From Pelagomonas calceolata (taxonomy: Eukaryota), in the NCBI GenBank assembly GCA_918797485.1, contig CAKKNE010000001.1:496001-560000 (forward strand): a stretch of 64,000 nt of DNA. The letters are read 5' to 3'. Of the stretch, positions 33,570-45,137 are shown in pieces (the first letter of the stretch is position 1; each line of letters begins with the position of its first letter). The translations under genes and the position numbers were made by a program. A model generated the notes under the pieces. That model was not told the DNA's origin. It searched no databases and worked only from the letters and a program-made list of their open reading frames with translations.

Positions 33570-33992
33570 ATGTCCAGCACGAGCAGCACCAACAACAAAA
33601 AAACAGGAGACAAAACGAGAAGAAGCAACAGCGAGCCCGCGCGCCTCCGCGGCCGACGAAAAGACAGCGAGAGCGACGACGACAGCAACGGCGCCCGCTC
33701 CATGTCGCGGTCGCGGTCGCGGTCGCGCGACCGCGAGCCGAGAAACAGACGGCACGACGACGGCGGCCGCCTCACGCGCGACTCGCCGCTCCTCGCGGAC
33801 GCGCTCCCCAAGCTCGGCGGCATGGCGCGCGCCGCCGTCGAGCAGTGGGGTTTAGATGAAAGTCGCCTGCTCGCCTGGGCGGCGGCGCGGCGGCTGCCCG
33901 GCATCGGCGTCGCGGACGTGAATTTGTATAGACAGGAGAACCCCGACGAGGATCTGAGTGCTGAGATGAACAGTGATTTATTAGGCACATAA
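33570..33992 (+). CDS. Small hypothetical protein with an RS-rich segment
   Basis: ATG ORF of about 140 aa; no family recognised. Confidence 0.4.
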   Translation: MSSTSSTNNKKTGDKTRRSNSEPARLRGRRKDSESDDDSNGARSMSRSRSRSRDREPRNRRHDDGGRLTRDSPLLADALPKLGGMARAAVEQWGLDESRLLAWAAARRLPGIGVADVNLYRQENPDEDLSAEMNSDLLGT

Positions 33993-34000
33993 CAATAACA

Positions 34001-35287
34001 TCAAAGGAGGTCGTCCCGCAGCGTCCGCGCCCAGTCGTCCGCCGGCAGACATGCCGGGTCCTCGGCGACGCACCACTCGCGCGCCTCGCCCGCGACGTAG
34101 ACGCTGCCACAAACTAAAACGGGGCCCGCGGAATGTGATAAAGCGGCGGCGACCGACGATGCAACCGCCGCATTCGCACCGACGCGTGCCGCCAACAATT
34201 GAGCGGGCTCGCCCCGCTTCGACGGCGGCAGCGGCCGATCCGCGAAGGACGACCCGGCCTCGACGCACACCACATTGCTCTCGAACGGCCGCACGGCGTC
34301 GACCATGGCCTCGAGGCCCTCCTTCTCCGCGCCGCAGCCGAAGACGACCGTGAATTTTGTCGAGGGGAACTTCATATGAGCCGCCTCGAGAAATTTCGCG
34401 ACCGAATCGCCGTTGTGCGCCGCGTCGACAATAACGAGTCTCCCGTGGACGCGGATCTCCTCGAAGCGCGCGGGCCATCTACTGGATGAAAAGTCGGCCT
34501 CCACATTGAGTAGGGAGCAGGCCTTTGCTGCGAGGAGGCGGTTTTCCCGTTTCGTCGATGGTTCTTCACTCGTCCCAGAGCAGTCGACGACCACCAACTC
34601 CGCGCCGACGCGGTCCGCCTCGCTTTGTAAAGCTTCTAAGGCCTCGGGCGGCTGCGTCGACGGCGTCACGGCTTTGGTTTTTGGTCGCATTACACCTGCT
34701 TTGTTCGTGGCGATCTCAGTCAGCGTGTCGCCCAGCAGCGCCGTGTGGTCCAGACTGATGGACGTGATGACGGCTAATTCCAACTCCTGATCAGTAAAGA
34801 AGTTCGTCGAGTCGTGCACGCCGCCGACGCCCGCCTCGAGGACCAGTCGAGGACAGGCCTCTTCCCCAAAATGTAATAAAGCCGTCGCCAGCAACCTATC
34901 AAAGAAGACGCAGCCCCATTCGTCCGCCTCCAGCTTTCTAGCGAGGTCGAGCGCCTTTTCACCATTCCTTCGCAGGGCCTCGACGGAAATCGGCTCCGCG
35001 CCGACCCGGATGCGCTCGCGGCAGCCGTGCAGGTGCGGCGACGTGAAGCAGCCCACCTTCGGACCGAGCGCGCTCCTCAACAATTCGGACACGCTGCCCT
35101 TGCCCTTCGTGCCGACGACGGAGATGACGCGCGGCCTTGTCTCGAATGCCGCCTCGAAGGCGGCGCGCTGGAACGCGTGGCGTTTGATGGCTCGTTGCTG
35201 AATGGGCATTTGCAGCGTTCTTGGATGGTTGACCGGTGGCGCGAGTAACGCGTCGACGACGGCTCGCGCCGCCAGCTTTGGGCGCAT
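34001..35287 (-). CDS. folC: Folylpolyglutamate synthase/dihydrofolate synthase
   Basis: VVGTKGKGS, FTSPHL, RERIR, LEAGVGG..DSTN, ITSISLDH, WPARFE, VDAAHN, CGSVY. Confidence 0.92.
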   Translation of the reverse strand: MRPKLAARAVVDALLAPPVNHPRTLQMPIQQRAIKRHAFQRAAFEAAFETRPRVISVVGTKGKGSVSELLRSALGPKVGCFTSPHLHGCRERIRVGAEPISVEALRRNGEKALDLARKLEADEWGCVFFDRLLATALLHFGEEACPRLVLEAGVGGVHDSTNFFTDQELELAVITSISLDHTALLGDTLTEIATNKAGVMRPKTKAVTPSTQPPEALEALQSEADRVGAELVVVDCSGTSEEPSTKRENRLLAAKACSLLNVEADFSSSRWPARFEEIRVHGRLVIVDAAHNGDSVAKFLEAAHMKFPSTKFTVVFGCGAEKEGLEAMVDAVRPFESNVVCVEAGSSFADRPLPPSKRGEPAQLLAARVGANAAVASSVAAALSHSAGPVLVCGSVYVAGEAREWCVAEDPACLPADDWARTLRDDLL

Positions 35288-35760
35288 TGCTGCCTGCAGT
35301 CTGCACTGCACTTTTTAAAGTAGCTGATGCGTTATCTGTCGAAGCACGTTCGCTTTCGAGCAATGCCGATTACAGCGATGCTGTGCAGGCGTCAGCTTGC
35401 AGTTATGCCGCTCGCGTCGCGCGAGCACACAGCTTTGTTGCATCGAGGGCCCTAGGGGCGTCCGGAGACGGCCGCAAACCTGTCTATGCAGACGTCTACG
35501 CGTCCTATGGATGCGTCCGTGATTGCTGAGGAAAGCAGGAGCTCCACTTGCAATTGTGACGGGTTTCGCGCTTGATGTGACATTTTTTGGCGCTGCCTTG
35601 TGCGCGCCGCTGTTGCAGCTGAGAGCGCTGCAGCATAGATATATCGCAGCAGCGCTGCAACGGATGCGCGCAGTTGCAATTTCTGCGCGCAGCGCACGGT
35701 AAAATTTAATTTCTCACGTCTCTTGAGCTGCAAATAAATATATAATCGACAGCGGTGGAG

Positions 35761-36852
35761 ATGTACAGCGACGAACCCACAACACCATTAATGGACGGCG
35801 CGCTGTCCGACGGCAGCATCTCGCGCAACACCAGCAGCGCAAGCGTCCAGCCCATCCAGCGCTCGACGTCCTCCTTGGAGATGCGCGCCGAAACCGCGCC
35901 GGCGCTCCACGTCGACAGCAACGCGCAGCTGAGCCACGCCGTGAAAGCGAGGCGGCGGCAGCTCCGCATGAAGCTCAATTCGATTGATTCGGAAGAGGGC
36001 GACGAAAACGTGAGGAAGGAGATCAACCATCGGGTGGAGCAGGACGCGCGCGACGCCTATGAATCTTTAAGGAGCCAGGGCAAGCTCGTGGCGGCGACGT
36101 TCGCGACGCAGTCACTCGGTCTGTCTCTGGTCCTATCGCGGTTCGCCCCGACGCCGCACCAGCTCAAGCGCAAGGAGCTCACGCCCCAGAAGACGTTGAG
36201 ACGTACTTTGAGTAACGGCGACCTCAACGACGAGGACGACGAAGGGAGAAGACTAGTCATCGTCGAGGACACGTTCTCCGATAGAGGTGGGGGCGTCGCT
36301 CGAGCGCTACTGAGGCCGATGGACGAGCTCGTCGGCGTTTCCACATCCCCATTCGCGGACGAGGCGCCGCCCGTCGAGGACGTCGACTTAGTCGTAGATT
36401 TGACGCCGTCGGCCTTCGACGCTTTGTTAGTGAAAATTAGAGACGCGCCGAGACCTTTGACGCTGGTCTTTGCCCGAGGAAGGTGCCTCGCGGCGGTGCG
36501 GAGGAGGCCGCGGCCGCTCTCGCCCCAGAAGCCGCACCTCGGGCCGACGCGGCGCCGCGGCCACGGCGCCACGCCGACGCGCCCGCGGTCCCCTCAAAAG
36601 CAGCGGCGCGCGCCGCCGCCGCGGACCTGGCGCCGCTTCTGCGCGGACGCGTCCAGTTGTTTGCAGACGGTGAGCGAGGCGTTGGTGCGCGGCGTCCTCG
36701 CGTGCCTCGACGCGCCGATGCGCCGCCTGCGCCGGCGGCGAAAGATGACGCCGACGAACCACCGGGCGCCGCCGCGGGGCCACCGGCGCATCAACTCCGA
36801 GCCCTTGCCGACGCATTTCTTCGCCGGGCCTGAGGAGCAGAACCTCGTTTAG
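35761..36852 (+). CDS. Hypothetical protein
   Basis: 363-aa ATG ORF; the segment DELVGV...RPLTLVFAR is weakly PDZ-like. Confidence 0.5.
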   Translation: MYSDEPTTPLMDGALSDGSISRNTSSASVQPIQRSTSSLEMRAETAPALHVDSNAQLSHAVKARRRQLRMKLNSIDSEEGDENVRKEINHRVEQDARDAYESLRSQGKLVAATFATQSLGLSLVLSRFAPTPHQLKRKELTPQKTLRRTLSNGDLNDEDDEGRRLVIVEDTFSDRGGGVARALLRPMDELVGVSTSPFADEAPPVEDVDLVVDLTPSAFDALLVKIRDAPRPLTLVFARGRCLAAVRRRPRPLSPQKPHLGPTRRRGHGATPTRPRSPQKQRRAPPPRTWRRFCADASSCLQTVSEALVRGVLACLDAPMRRLRRRRKMTPTNHRAPPRGHRRINSEPLPTHFFAGPEEQNLV

Positions 36853-36918
36853 CTATGTTTAAGATAACGCTGTGACGTACTTCTGTATCCACATGTCCTT
36901 ACTCACATGTCACAGCGA

Positions 36919-37806
36919 CTAGACGGAACCGTCGCGCGACGTGCGCCAGAAGGACAGGACCTTCCAGAACAACACGTCGGGCAGGCCCTCGCCGGCGCGC
37001 CGGGAGCGTCGCGTGGGGAAGAGGCGTGCGAGGGCACCGCGGCGCGGCGCCGTCGCGCGGCCGCGCTCGCAGAGCTTGGCGAGGACGAGGAGCCTCTTCC
37101 TCGGCTCGTTCACATAACATTTAAACGTGCCGGCCGCGCTCACTTCATAGAGAAAATTTACGATGGCCCGTTTGTCCGCAACAGATGCTGAGCCATCGTG
37201 GGTGTAAATTGCGTTACGTGCCAAACTCAACGCACTCTCGCCGAGCGCGTTCGTCGCAGCCAGGTCCGCGCCGAGGCGCAGCAGCTCTCGCAGAAAAACC
37301 ACCGGCGCCGAGTAAAACGCGGCGACCATGAGAGATGTCGTGCCAACTGCAAATCGGGTGTTTCCGCCTAATCGGGGGTCCACCGCGGCGCCTTTTTCGA
37401 CGAGCAAACGAATCAAAAGCGCGCACCGGGTTGCTCTTCTTTCAGTGCTGCAGGCGAGGACCGCCAATTTATGTTGTGCGCCCCAATTAGAATTTATCTC
37501 GTTTCCCATCGCCGGGTCGGCTCCATGCTCTATGAGAAGTCGTGCTACGTCAAGATTACTGGGGCTGTCAAGGATCTCATCACAGAGGCAATAGACGTCG
37601 GATTTACCGCACCGCGCGCCGCGCGCGACAAGGTACGCGCGCATCTGCGTCTGGGACCCCGCGATTGCCGACGAGAGTAAGCTTCCGTAAAGATAATCAT
37701 CTTGGTTCACATCACCGCCGTCATAGAGCCACGCCTCGACGGTGCTCAGGTCGCCGGCGAACGCCGCGCGTAAGTGAGCGGGCGTGTCTTCGTCAAAGTG
37801 CGACAT
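36919..37806 (-). CDS. Ankyrin-repeat protein with a conserved C-terminal helical motif
   Basis: AAFAGDLSTVEAWL, LLIEHGADP, LLVEKGAAVD, LLRLGADL...GESALSLA. Confidence 0.8.
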   Translation of the reverse strand: MSHFDEDTPAHLRAAFAGDLSTVEAWLYDGGDVNQDDYLYGSLLSSAIAGSQTQMRAYLVARGARCGKSDVYCLCDEILDSPSNLDVARLLIEHGADPAMGNEINSNWGAQHKLAVLACSTERRATRCALLIRLLVEKGAAVDPRLGGNTRFAVGTTSLMVAAFYSAPVVFLRELLRLGADLAATNALGESALSLARNAIYTHDGSASVADKRAIVNFLYEVSAAGTFKCYVNEPRKRLLVLAKLCERGRATAPRRGALARLFPTRRSRRAGEGLPDVLFWKVLSFWRTSRDGSV

Positions 37807-39619
37807 GGCGAGCAGCGATGCGACGCGGGGAGGGCGGAGGGCAGCAGACACAAGGCCCCCCCTTCCCGGAGCTGTCCAAATGCGTCAAATTTTGATCACA
37901 GCTGAAGCTCGCGGCAGCGCAGCACTGCGATGGAGTTCGACAGCACAACGAGAAGCCCTCCACAGCTCGTAAAAGCCTACCAAACTCGACCCAGGCCAAA
38001 CTCGACTGTGTGTGCTAGTATGTCGATACGCTAGCTCACCAGGTCTTGCGGCTGGCCAAATTACACCAGCGATTGACGCCGCCATCTAACGTCCAAATAG
38101 TACATCATATCAACTCCAGCCCAGTTTTCATGCACAATCGACGGAACCGGAGCCGACGGCCCGCGCTCGGAGGGCGGGAAAAGAATTCTACTAGACAACT
38201 CCCGAGTTTATGTTCGTTTCCATCCGTTTGTTGGGGGTAGATGCCATCTAGTCCGGTTGAACACGTACTCATCTATATTAGGGGCTCCGTTATAGCCGCG
38301 CGAAACGACGAATCGGCGGCCCCCTGATTATCCAAATATCGCAAATAACCTAGACCCGCGAGTATCAGCGACTCCACTACCCAGATGAACCAAAACGCCG
38401 TTGTTCTATTCACAATCGACCGACTTGCCCGTTCTCCGCGGACGACGGTGCGTACACGGGGCACTGAATTGGCCCCAGACCGGTGAGTTGTAAAATAAAT
38501 TTGCATTTCAGGCGCTTTAGTAGTGGGAAGGGCCAGACAACCGGCCTGAACGGATACTACATAGGATTTATTGACCGTAATCTCCACCGCGGCTCGGCCA
38601 CCCCGAGAGAGCAGGATCTCGCAAAGAAGGGCTTAGAAACCGAACCTGCGGCCGTCAGCCCGTGTACCTTCACCATGGACCATAACGCGATCATTTGTTC
38701 CATGAACGACCGACTTGCGCGGGGTCCAGATCAAGATGTTCACGTCCCGAGAGTGGGCAGCCAAAAGTACCCTTCTTATAAAGTAGATGTCATATACTTG
38801 TAGTTGACTATCGCTGGGGTAGTATGGGGTCCAACGAGACCGCTATTACGATTCCTGGGGCCCTAGAGAAATTGACGTTTTTTACGGGAACGGGGCGCCA
38901 TCGGGTCCAAATTGCACACTTTTTTCGGGGGCAGATCGGCTCCTGGAGGCCTCTCGGGGTAGGTCTGGTTGTGGGTAAGCGCCTGTACCGCATACGCCAT
39001 CGATGCGACCGCCTAGTGCTCTGGAAGCCATGCCAAGCTATTCATGGTTTAGTGGGCCGCACTGGGGAGAGAATTGGCCGAAATATGCTGGAAGCGGCAG
39101 CGTATGCGGTGTAGGCGACTAACCATGTATAGTTACGACCCTAAGCGACCCCAGAGAGAGCTCTGGGCCATGGATTGACAGGATTAAACCGGCGCGGCCG
39201 CCATGGACCATGGCGGCATCGTCGCCGCGAATAAAAAAAACTGCCTTTTCGGTCCCCAGTACGTGTCCCATTGATCTCTTTGGACCAGTAGCGAACGGAA
39301 CGATACTCAAACGGCTGCATGCGCGTTCCGAGTTTGCTTGCTAGTATCTTTACATGCCGCTAGCTTGATTCGCCTCGCGCGAGATTTTGGCAAGTGCAGC
39401 ACGCGAACAGGCGCGAGCGACGAGTTTTGAGAACAGTTTTGAGTAATCCATCGATAGGCTGCAGCAACCGCTGGCCGCACAAAGCCCCTGCAGCGTTTTG
39501 CTGCCCTCGCCGGCAGCCACCGCTGTTTAGAGACGCGTGGAGCGGTGCGACAAACAACTACTCGTTTGCGCGCTGCCTGCGACACACCACTACTTGTTTG
39601 CGCGCTGCCCACCTAACTC

Positions 39620-41266
39620 ATGCGACGACTAGCACTGCTGCTGCTCGTGGCGGCCGCGGTCCGCGCCGAGGACCCGCCGCCGGCCGACGCCGCGCCGGCC
39701 GCGACGCCGGGCGAGGAGGTCACGTCGCCGCCGCTGCCGCCGCCGGACGCCGAAGCGACCGTTGACGAGCCACAAACCGAAGAGGCACAGCCCGAGGCGG
39801 AGGAAACGCCACCCTCAGTCGAGGAGAAACCGGCGCCCATCATGGTCCAGGACGTCGACGACGAGGACGACGCGCCCGCGGCGCCAAAAAAAGTCATTAA
39901 CTACGCGTCCAAGGACGCCGGCGCGTTGGTCGTCGAGAAGTCCGGGACCTCGAAGGGCTTCGACAATTTATTGGTGGACAACAAGGATAAATACGGCATC
40001 ACGGACTGCGGTGAGAAGAAGTATGTGGTGATAGGTCTGTCGGAAGATATACGCATGACCGAGTTGATATTGTGTCAGTATGAGAAATATAGTTCCGGTG
40101 TGCGAGATTTCGACGTGCTCGGTTCGCAGACCTTCCCGACGAAAGAATGGCTGCACCTCGGCGCGTTCGAGGCGACCTACGCGAAACGAGAACAGTTGTT
40201 TGTGTTCCCCGACCCGAAGTATGTCCGCTACATCAAAGTTAGGTTTAATACGCACCACGGCGACGAGGCGTCGTGCACGGTGTCGCAGCTCAAGGTGCAC
40301 GGCATCACGGTGATGGAGGGCATGCAGGACGACTTGCAGCGGCACCAGAAGGAGCTCGAGGAGCAGATGGAGTCGATCGGGGAGGAGGTCCTGCCTGATG
40401 AGGTCGAGGTTTCCGAGGAGGGTGATGCGAAGCCCGCGGACCGCAAGGAGGCCGCCGAGGCCGCCGCCGCGAAGGCGGCCGAGGCCGTCGCGGAGCTCGA
40501 GGCGGCCGAGGCGGCGCTGGCCGTGGAGGAGGTGCGGAATCGAACACGCGCCAATGCTACAAATGCTACAACTCCGAAAAACGCCTCCGTCGGTTCTAGA
40601 ATGGTCGACGCGGTCACGGGCCTTGCTGATGTAGTGATGGGCAAGGCGAACAAGACGACGACGACGTTACCGGACGAGATCGAGGTCGTCGAACCCGTCG
40701 CGCCGGCCTCGGCCGACATCGAGCCTATCGTTATCGAGGTACCCGTTGTGGAGGTGGTGAACGCGTCGAACGCGACCGTCTCCGTGAATACGACGAACGC
40801 GACCGTAGCCGCAAATGCGACCGTATCTGTAAACACGACGGCGCTGAATGCGACGGCCGCGGTGAACGCGACAAATGCGACTCTACCAGTAGTAAACGCG
40901 ACGCGCGCGAACGCGACCGCGGCGAACGTGACGCTGACGCCGCAGCAGCGTTGTGATTACGCCCTGGACTTCAAGCGGTTCAAAACTCAGATGCTCGCGA
41001 AGTCCAAGGGTCAAAACGCGACCGCGGCGGTCGGGACGGGCACGCAGTTCGAGAGCGTCTTCAAGACGCTCATGGACAAGATCCGGGCCTTCGAGATCAG
41101 CCACTCGATCTACGAGCTGTACCTCGGGCACCTCCAGGCGTGCTACGCGTTTACCTTAGATAGGTTGGATCGGAAAGTGGACGACGAGGTGTCCAAGCTG
41201 CGCGCGGAGTTGGCGCACGTGCTCGAGCGGCCGCGGCGGCGGTTTAGGTTCTTCGGGAGGCGATGA
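39620..41266 (+). CDS. Mid-SUN domain protein (Slp1/SUCO-like)
   Basis: Signal peptide, NYASKDAGA, NKDKY, LSEDI, EKYSSGVRDF, YIKVRFNTHHG, ESVFKTLMDKI. Confidence 0.88.
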   Translation: MRRLALLLLVAAAVRAEDPPPADAAPAATPGEEVTSPPLPPPDAEATVDEPQTEEAQPEAEETPPSVEEKPAPIMVQDVDDEDDAPAAPKKVINYASKDAGALVVEKSGTSKGFDNLLVDNKDKYGITDCGEKKYVVIGLSEDIRMTELILCQYEKYSSGVRDFDVLGSQTFPTKEWLHLGAFEATYAKREQLFVFPDPKYVRYIKVRFNTHHGDEASCTVSQLKVHGITVMEGMQDDLQRHQKELEEQMESIGEEVLPDEVEVSEEGDAKPADRKEAAEAAAAKAAEAVAELEAAEAALAVEEVRNRTRANATNATTPKNASVGSRMVDAVTGLADVVMGKANKTTTTLPDEIEVVEPVAPASADIEPIVIEVPVVEVVNASNATVSVNTTNATVAANATVSVNTTALNATAAVNATNATLPVVNATRANATAANVTLTPQQRCDYALDFKRFKTQMLAKSKGQNATAAVGTGTQFESVFKTLMDKIRAFEISHSIYELYLGHLQACYAFTLDRLDRKVDDEVSKLRAELAHVLERPRRRFRFFGRR

Positions 41267-41317
41267 CCCTAGGTCTCCTCCCTAGTTAATTTGTGTTACT
41301 GAACTTATAGATGGCTC

Positions 41318-42604
41318 CTAGGATTCAGGCTCTGTGTCAGCAGCTCCGAAGGCGCGGCGGTAATCCGTCTCGCTGGGATACCGTTTCCACGGGTCCAGGA
41401 ACCAACAGTACTCGAGGCACCTGAGGAAGAGCGCGTCGTCGCGGAGGAGGAAGAGGCGGTGCGTCAAGCTCAGGTCGGCGCACGACGCGCGACGATGCTG
41501 TCTGGTGAAGAGCCGTCGTAGAAACAGCATCTCGCGCGCCTTCTCCGCGCGCCACGCTTTGAACGACCCGGCGTTGACGCACTCGAGCAGAAACACCGTG
41601 CACGGCCACGTGCCATCGCGCGGTCGGTTTGGGTCCGAGCGAGAGTAGTGCCCCCAACCGACGCGGGCTAGAAGACCCTCGAGTCCTGTCTCCGAAAGTT
41701 CTTTCTGAAAGTCTTCGTTCCCCTCTAGCTCTCCGCGGGTCAAGACCGGCTCGAGTCGGTTTATCTTGGGGAGAGCAGCGAGCATCAAATACAGCACCTC
41801 GAGGCAGGCTAACTGGCTTGCCTTTTTCACCGCGTGTCGAAACACTCCTGGGGACACTGTGTAGAAGACGTCCGCGAGCCGAGGATCTTTCGTGAGTAGC
41901 GCTCGGACGCAGTCCACAAGTAACCGGGGGACAAATTTGGTAGTAGAGCTGACAGAAAGTCTCAGCGAATCCAGCGCGAAGACAATGGTTGTTGACGCGA
42001 CTTCATCTACACTTACAAGCGTCAAATCAGCGCGACCGTCGCGTAGAATGGCGCGGACCACCGAAGGTCGCCCAATGGCGCACGCCACGTGGAGTGCTGT
42101 CACGCGATCATCGTCGTTCCTATCAGGAATAACGTCGTGTTTTTCGTGTTCCCCAGTTCCGGTATTCAAAACGCGCGCCGTGCACTGCGGTAAATCGAGT
42201 ATCGTCTGGACGGCCTCTACATCGCCGTTCCACGCAAAGTGATGCAAAGCCGTTATGCCAGGAAATATCAGTTCTTTTTTTACCTTGGTCACCGCCTCGT
42301 CGCAATCCAGATCCACATACTTCCTATGTAACGTCCGCCGGCACAGCGCGTCCTCGTCGCACGCCGCGACAAGCGCGAGAAGCATGTCCTGCCCTCGGCG
42401 GCGACACACGCTGGGCGGGTCGGCGTGCGCGGACTGGCCGTGGCCGACTGTCACACTTTGCGCAGCAAGGAGGCTAAACACAGCGGTAGGCGTTGCGGGG
42501 AACCGGTAGCCCGGCGTCGCAAGGAGCCGCCGGACCGCGTCGACGTCCTGGTCAGTTATGGCCTCACGCAACGCAGAATCGACGGTCGCGTTGGGGTCCT
42601 CCAT
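41318..42604 (-). CDS. Ankyrin-repeat protein with a conserved C-terminal helical motif
   Basis: TALHHFAWNGDVEAV, TALHVACAIGRPSVVRAIL. Confidence 0.75.
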   Translation of the reverse strand: MEDPNATVDSALREAITDQDVDAVRRLLATPGYRFPATPTAVFSLLAAQSVTVGHGQSAHADPPSVCRRRGQDMLLALVAACDEDALCRRTLHRKYVDLDCDEAVTKVKKELIFPGITALHHFAWNGDVEAVQTILDLPQCTARVLNTGTGEHEKHDVIPDRNDDDRVTALHVACAIGRPSVVRAILRDGRADLTLVSVDEVASTTIVFALDSLRLSVSSTTKFVPRLLVDCVRALLTKDPRLADVFYTVSPGVFRHAVKKASQLACLEVLYLMLAALPKINRLEPVLTRGELEGNEDFQKELSETGLEGLLARVGWGHYSRSDPNRPRDGTWPCTVFLLECVNAGSFKAWRAEKAREMLFLRRLFTRQHRRASCADLSLTHRLFLLRDDALFLRCLEYCWFLDPWKRYPSETDYRRAFGAADTEPES

Positions 42605-43027
42605 CCTTTTGAGTGTTCTCCGTGTACGCAGCTTCGCCGGCGCACGAGTTAGTCTAGCGTTCGTGACCGCTTAAGTACTCTCCTCGTGACCGCTTATCCT
42701 TTTTTGATTTGAGTGGTGGCTAAACTTGGATCTGTCGCGGCGTTTCGCGGCGGCGCCCACACGAGACCTCGAAGCGCGTCTGGTAAGCCAGCAGAGCGCC
42801 TGCTTTGGACCGTATGAATGGCAAGCGGCTATTTTTGCTCATTGCTAGTATCTTACAGGACGCTAGCAATCCTGTGCCGCGCCGGCCTTTTTTTCCAGCG
42901 TGCCAGTCTGCGACATTAGTAAGCGGTCGTCTCCTCACGCCGCCGCAGCGCTGCGCTGCTAACGCCGCCGCCGCGAGCCCGCAGACACAGCCACCTCTCA
43001 GCCCCAGACACGCAAGCACAAAAAACA

Positions 43028-45126
43028 ATGACCATCTGCGTCGTCCTCGTCGCGAGTGTCGACAGCCAATTAGAACAAGAAATCTTAGATGCGGGTTCGG
43101 AATACCAACACCTAGCAGGATTACCAAAAGCCCTGCTCCCCGTGAGCGGCGGGAAAAGAGTCTTGGACTACTGGTGGACGGCCATCGAGTCCCAGCGCCA
43201 GATCTCCGACGTGTACCTCGTCACGAACGCCAAGTCCTTCAAGCATTTCGAGCGCTGGGCGACGGCGCGGGGTCTACCGTCGCAGAACGTGGTCAACGAC
43301 GGGACGACGACGCGAGCGTCGTCGCTAGGTGCCGCGAGGGATTTGTTGCTGGCTTTAAATAGATGCGGCTACAACAACGACCGAGACGTCGTTGTGGTTG
43401 CGGGCGACTCGCTGTTTCATCGGGAGTTCGATCTAGCAGCTCTCGTGGCGGACCAGCATGTCAGAGCTGGGTCGTCGTTAGCCGTGTCGTATAGATTAGC
43501 CGAGGGCGAAGCGGCGTCGTCGCGAGGTGTGGTCGAGGTTGATGAAAGGACAAGGCGCGTGACGCGTTTTGTGGAGAAACCCTGTGGTGATGAAACGGTA
43601 TCGAGGCAGGCGTGCCCCCTGTTTTACGTCTTGAAACCCGCCGTCGCTTCACTCTTACCGGAATTTGTGGAAAGTAACGAAGGCAAGCCGTCGCTGGGCA
43701 GCTTCATGGAGTGGGCGGTCAACGACAAAGGTAGTAACGTCAGCTCCGTGAGATTACCAGGATGCTTCCGGTTGATTGGCGACGCGGGGCTGCAAGATTA
43801 CCTAGACATGATCGAACATTTCGAGCGCATGGACTCGCCGACCTATTCGGGAGCCTTGGGAAGGGGTAGACTGACCACCAGAGCCTACGCGCGCGTTGGA
43901 TTGTTCGGGAACCCGTCGGATGGGTACGGAGGGAAGACCATAGCGCTGACGATCGCGAACTTCTGGGCCGAGGCGACGATCGCCCCTTCGGAACGACTAT
44001 GTTTGGTGCCGCATCCGTTGTTCGATCCGTGCGCTTTCCGCGTCCTTTTTTCGCGTCGACGGCTGTCCCCGCGTCGATGGCGTGGAGGTGGAGCGTTCTT
44101 GGAGCCGCGAGATACTCTGCGGGGCTCGTCGACGCGACTCACGTCGCGCCATCGACGCGCCGCCGCGTCGACGCGACTCACGTCACGCCGTCGACGCCAC
44201 ACCAACGCAGGTGCGACTTCGGCGGGCTGCGCGACCTCCACTTCATCAGTAGGAGGGAGGGCTACCAGGGCGGCATGCGGCTGCTCCAGGCGGCCTGCAA
44301 GCGGTTTTTGGAATATTGCGTGGAACGAGGTATCGCACTACCTAAAAGAAACTTCACGCTATCGTATGAAACGAACGTCCCGCGGCAAGTGGGTCTGGCC
44401 GGTAGCTCAGCGATCGTGACGGCCGTCGTGCGGGCGCTCATGCGCTTCTATGCGTTGGATGAGACGCATGTACCCGTCGAGATATTGCCCAACTTAGTTT
44501 TGAGTGTGGAGGCGGAGCTGGGCATCAACGCCGGACTACAGGATAGGGTCGTGCAGGCCTTTGAGGGGTTAGTATACATGGACTTTGATCCCTCTACATT
44601 CGAGGCCAAGGGCCACGGTGTGTACGAGCGGCTGACGGCCTCGCAATTACATGCGGCTCTACCTTTGTTGTGGCTCGCGTATTCCGGCGAGCCGTCGGAC
44701 TCCGGAGCCATCCACAGCGACGTGAAACAAAGATGGCGGAACGGCGACGCCGATGCCGTGCAGGGCATGAGCGCTATCGCTTCGGTCGCCGCGAAGGCTC
44801 GTGAAGCGATACGATTGGGGGACGCTTCAGAATGTAGACGGTTGATGGCCGAGAACTTTAGGTTGAGGCGGAAGCTTTTCGGCGACGCGGTCCTGGGAGC
44901 GACGAACCTCAAGCTCATTAGCATAGCGGAGCAGAACGGCGCGGTCGCCAAGTTCCCGGGCAGCGGCGGCGCCGTCGTGGGCACCTGCGATGTCGATAGG
45001 TTGGCGTCCGTGCGGCGCGCGTACGAACGGGAGGGATTTGTCTTCGTGGAGCTGGAGCCGCACTTCTCGGACGATGGTGAGGGCGTGCTGGCGGCGCGGG
45101 TGGGCGAGGTAGCCCTGGATGTGTAA
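43028..45126 (+). CDS. Nucleotidyltransferase-glucuronokinase (GHMP kinase) fusion; intron 44029-44210
   Basis: LPKALLPV, VVAGD, FVEKP; ARVGLFGNPSDGYGGK, PRQVGLAGSSA, AGLQDRVVQ, KFPGSGGA; splicing gives FDP-CDFGGL. Confidence 0.9.
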
Positions 45127-45137
45127 GTTTAGTAATC

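Noticed and set aside
39151..39190. GGATTGACAG and GAGAGCTCT resemble short 18S rRNA words
   Set aside because: Too short, in the wrong order, and with no extended rRNA similarity
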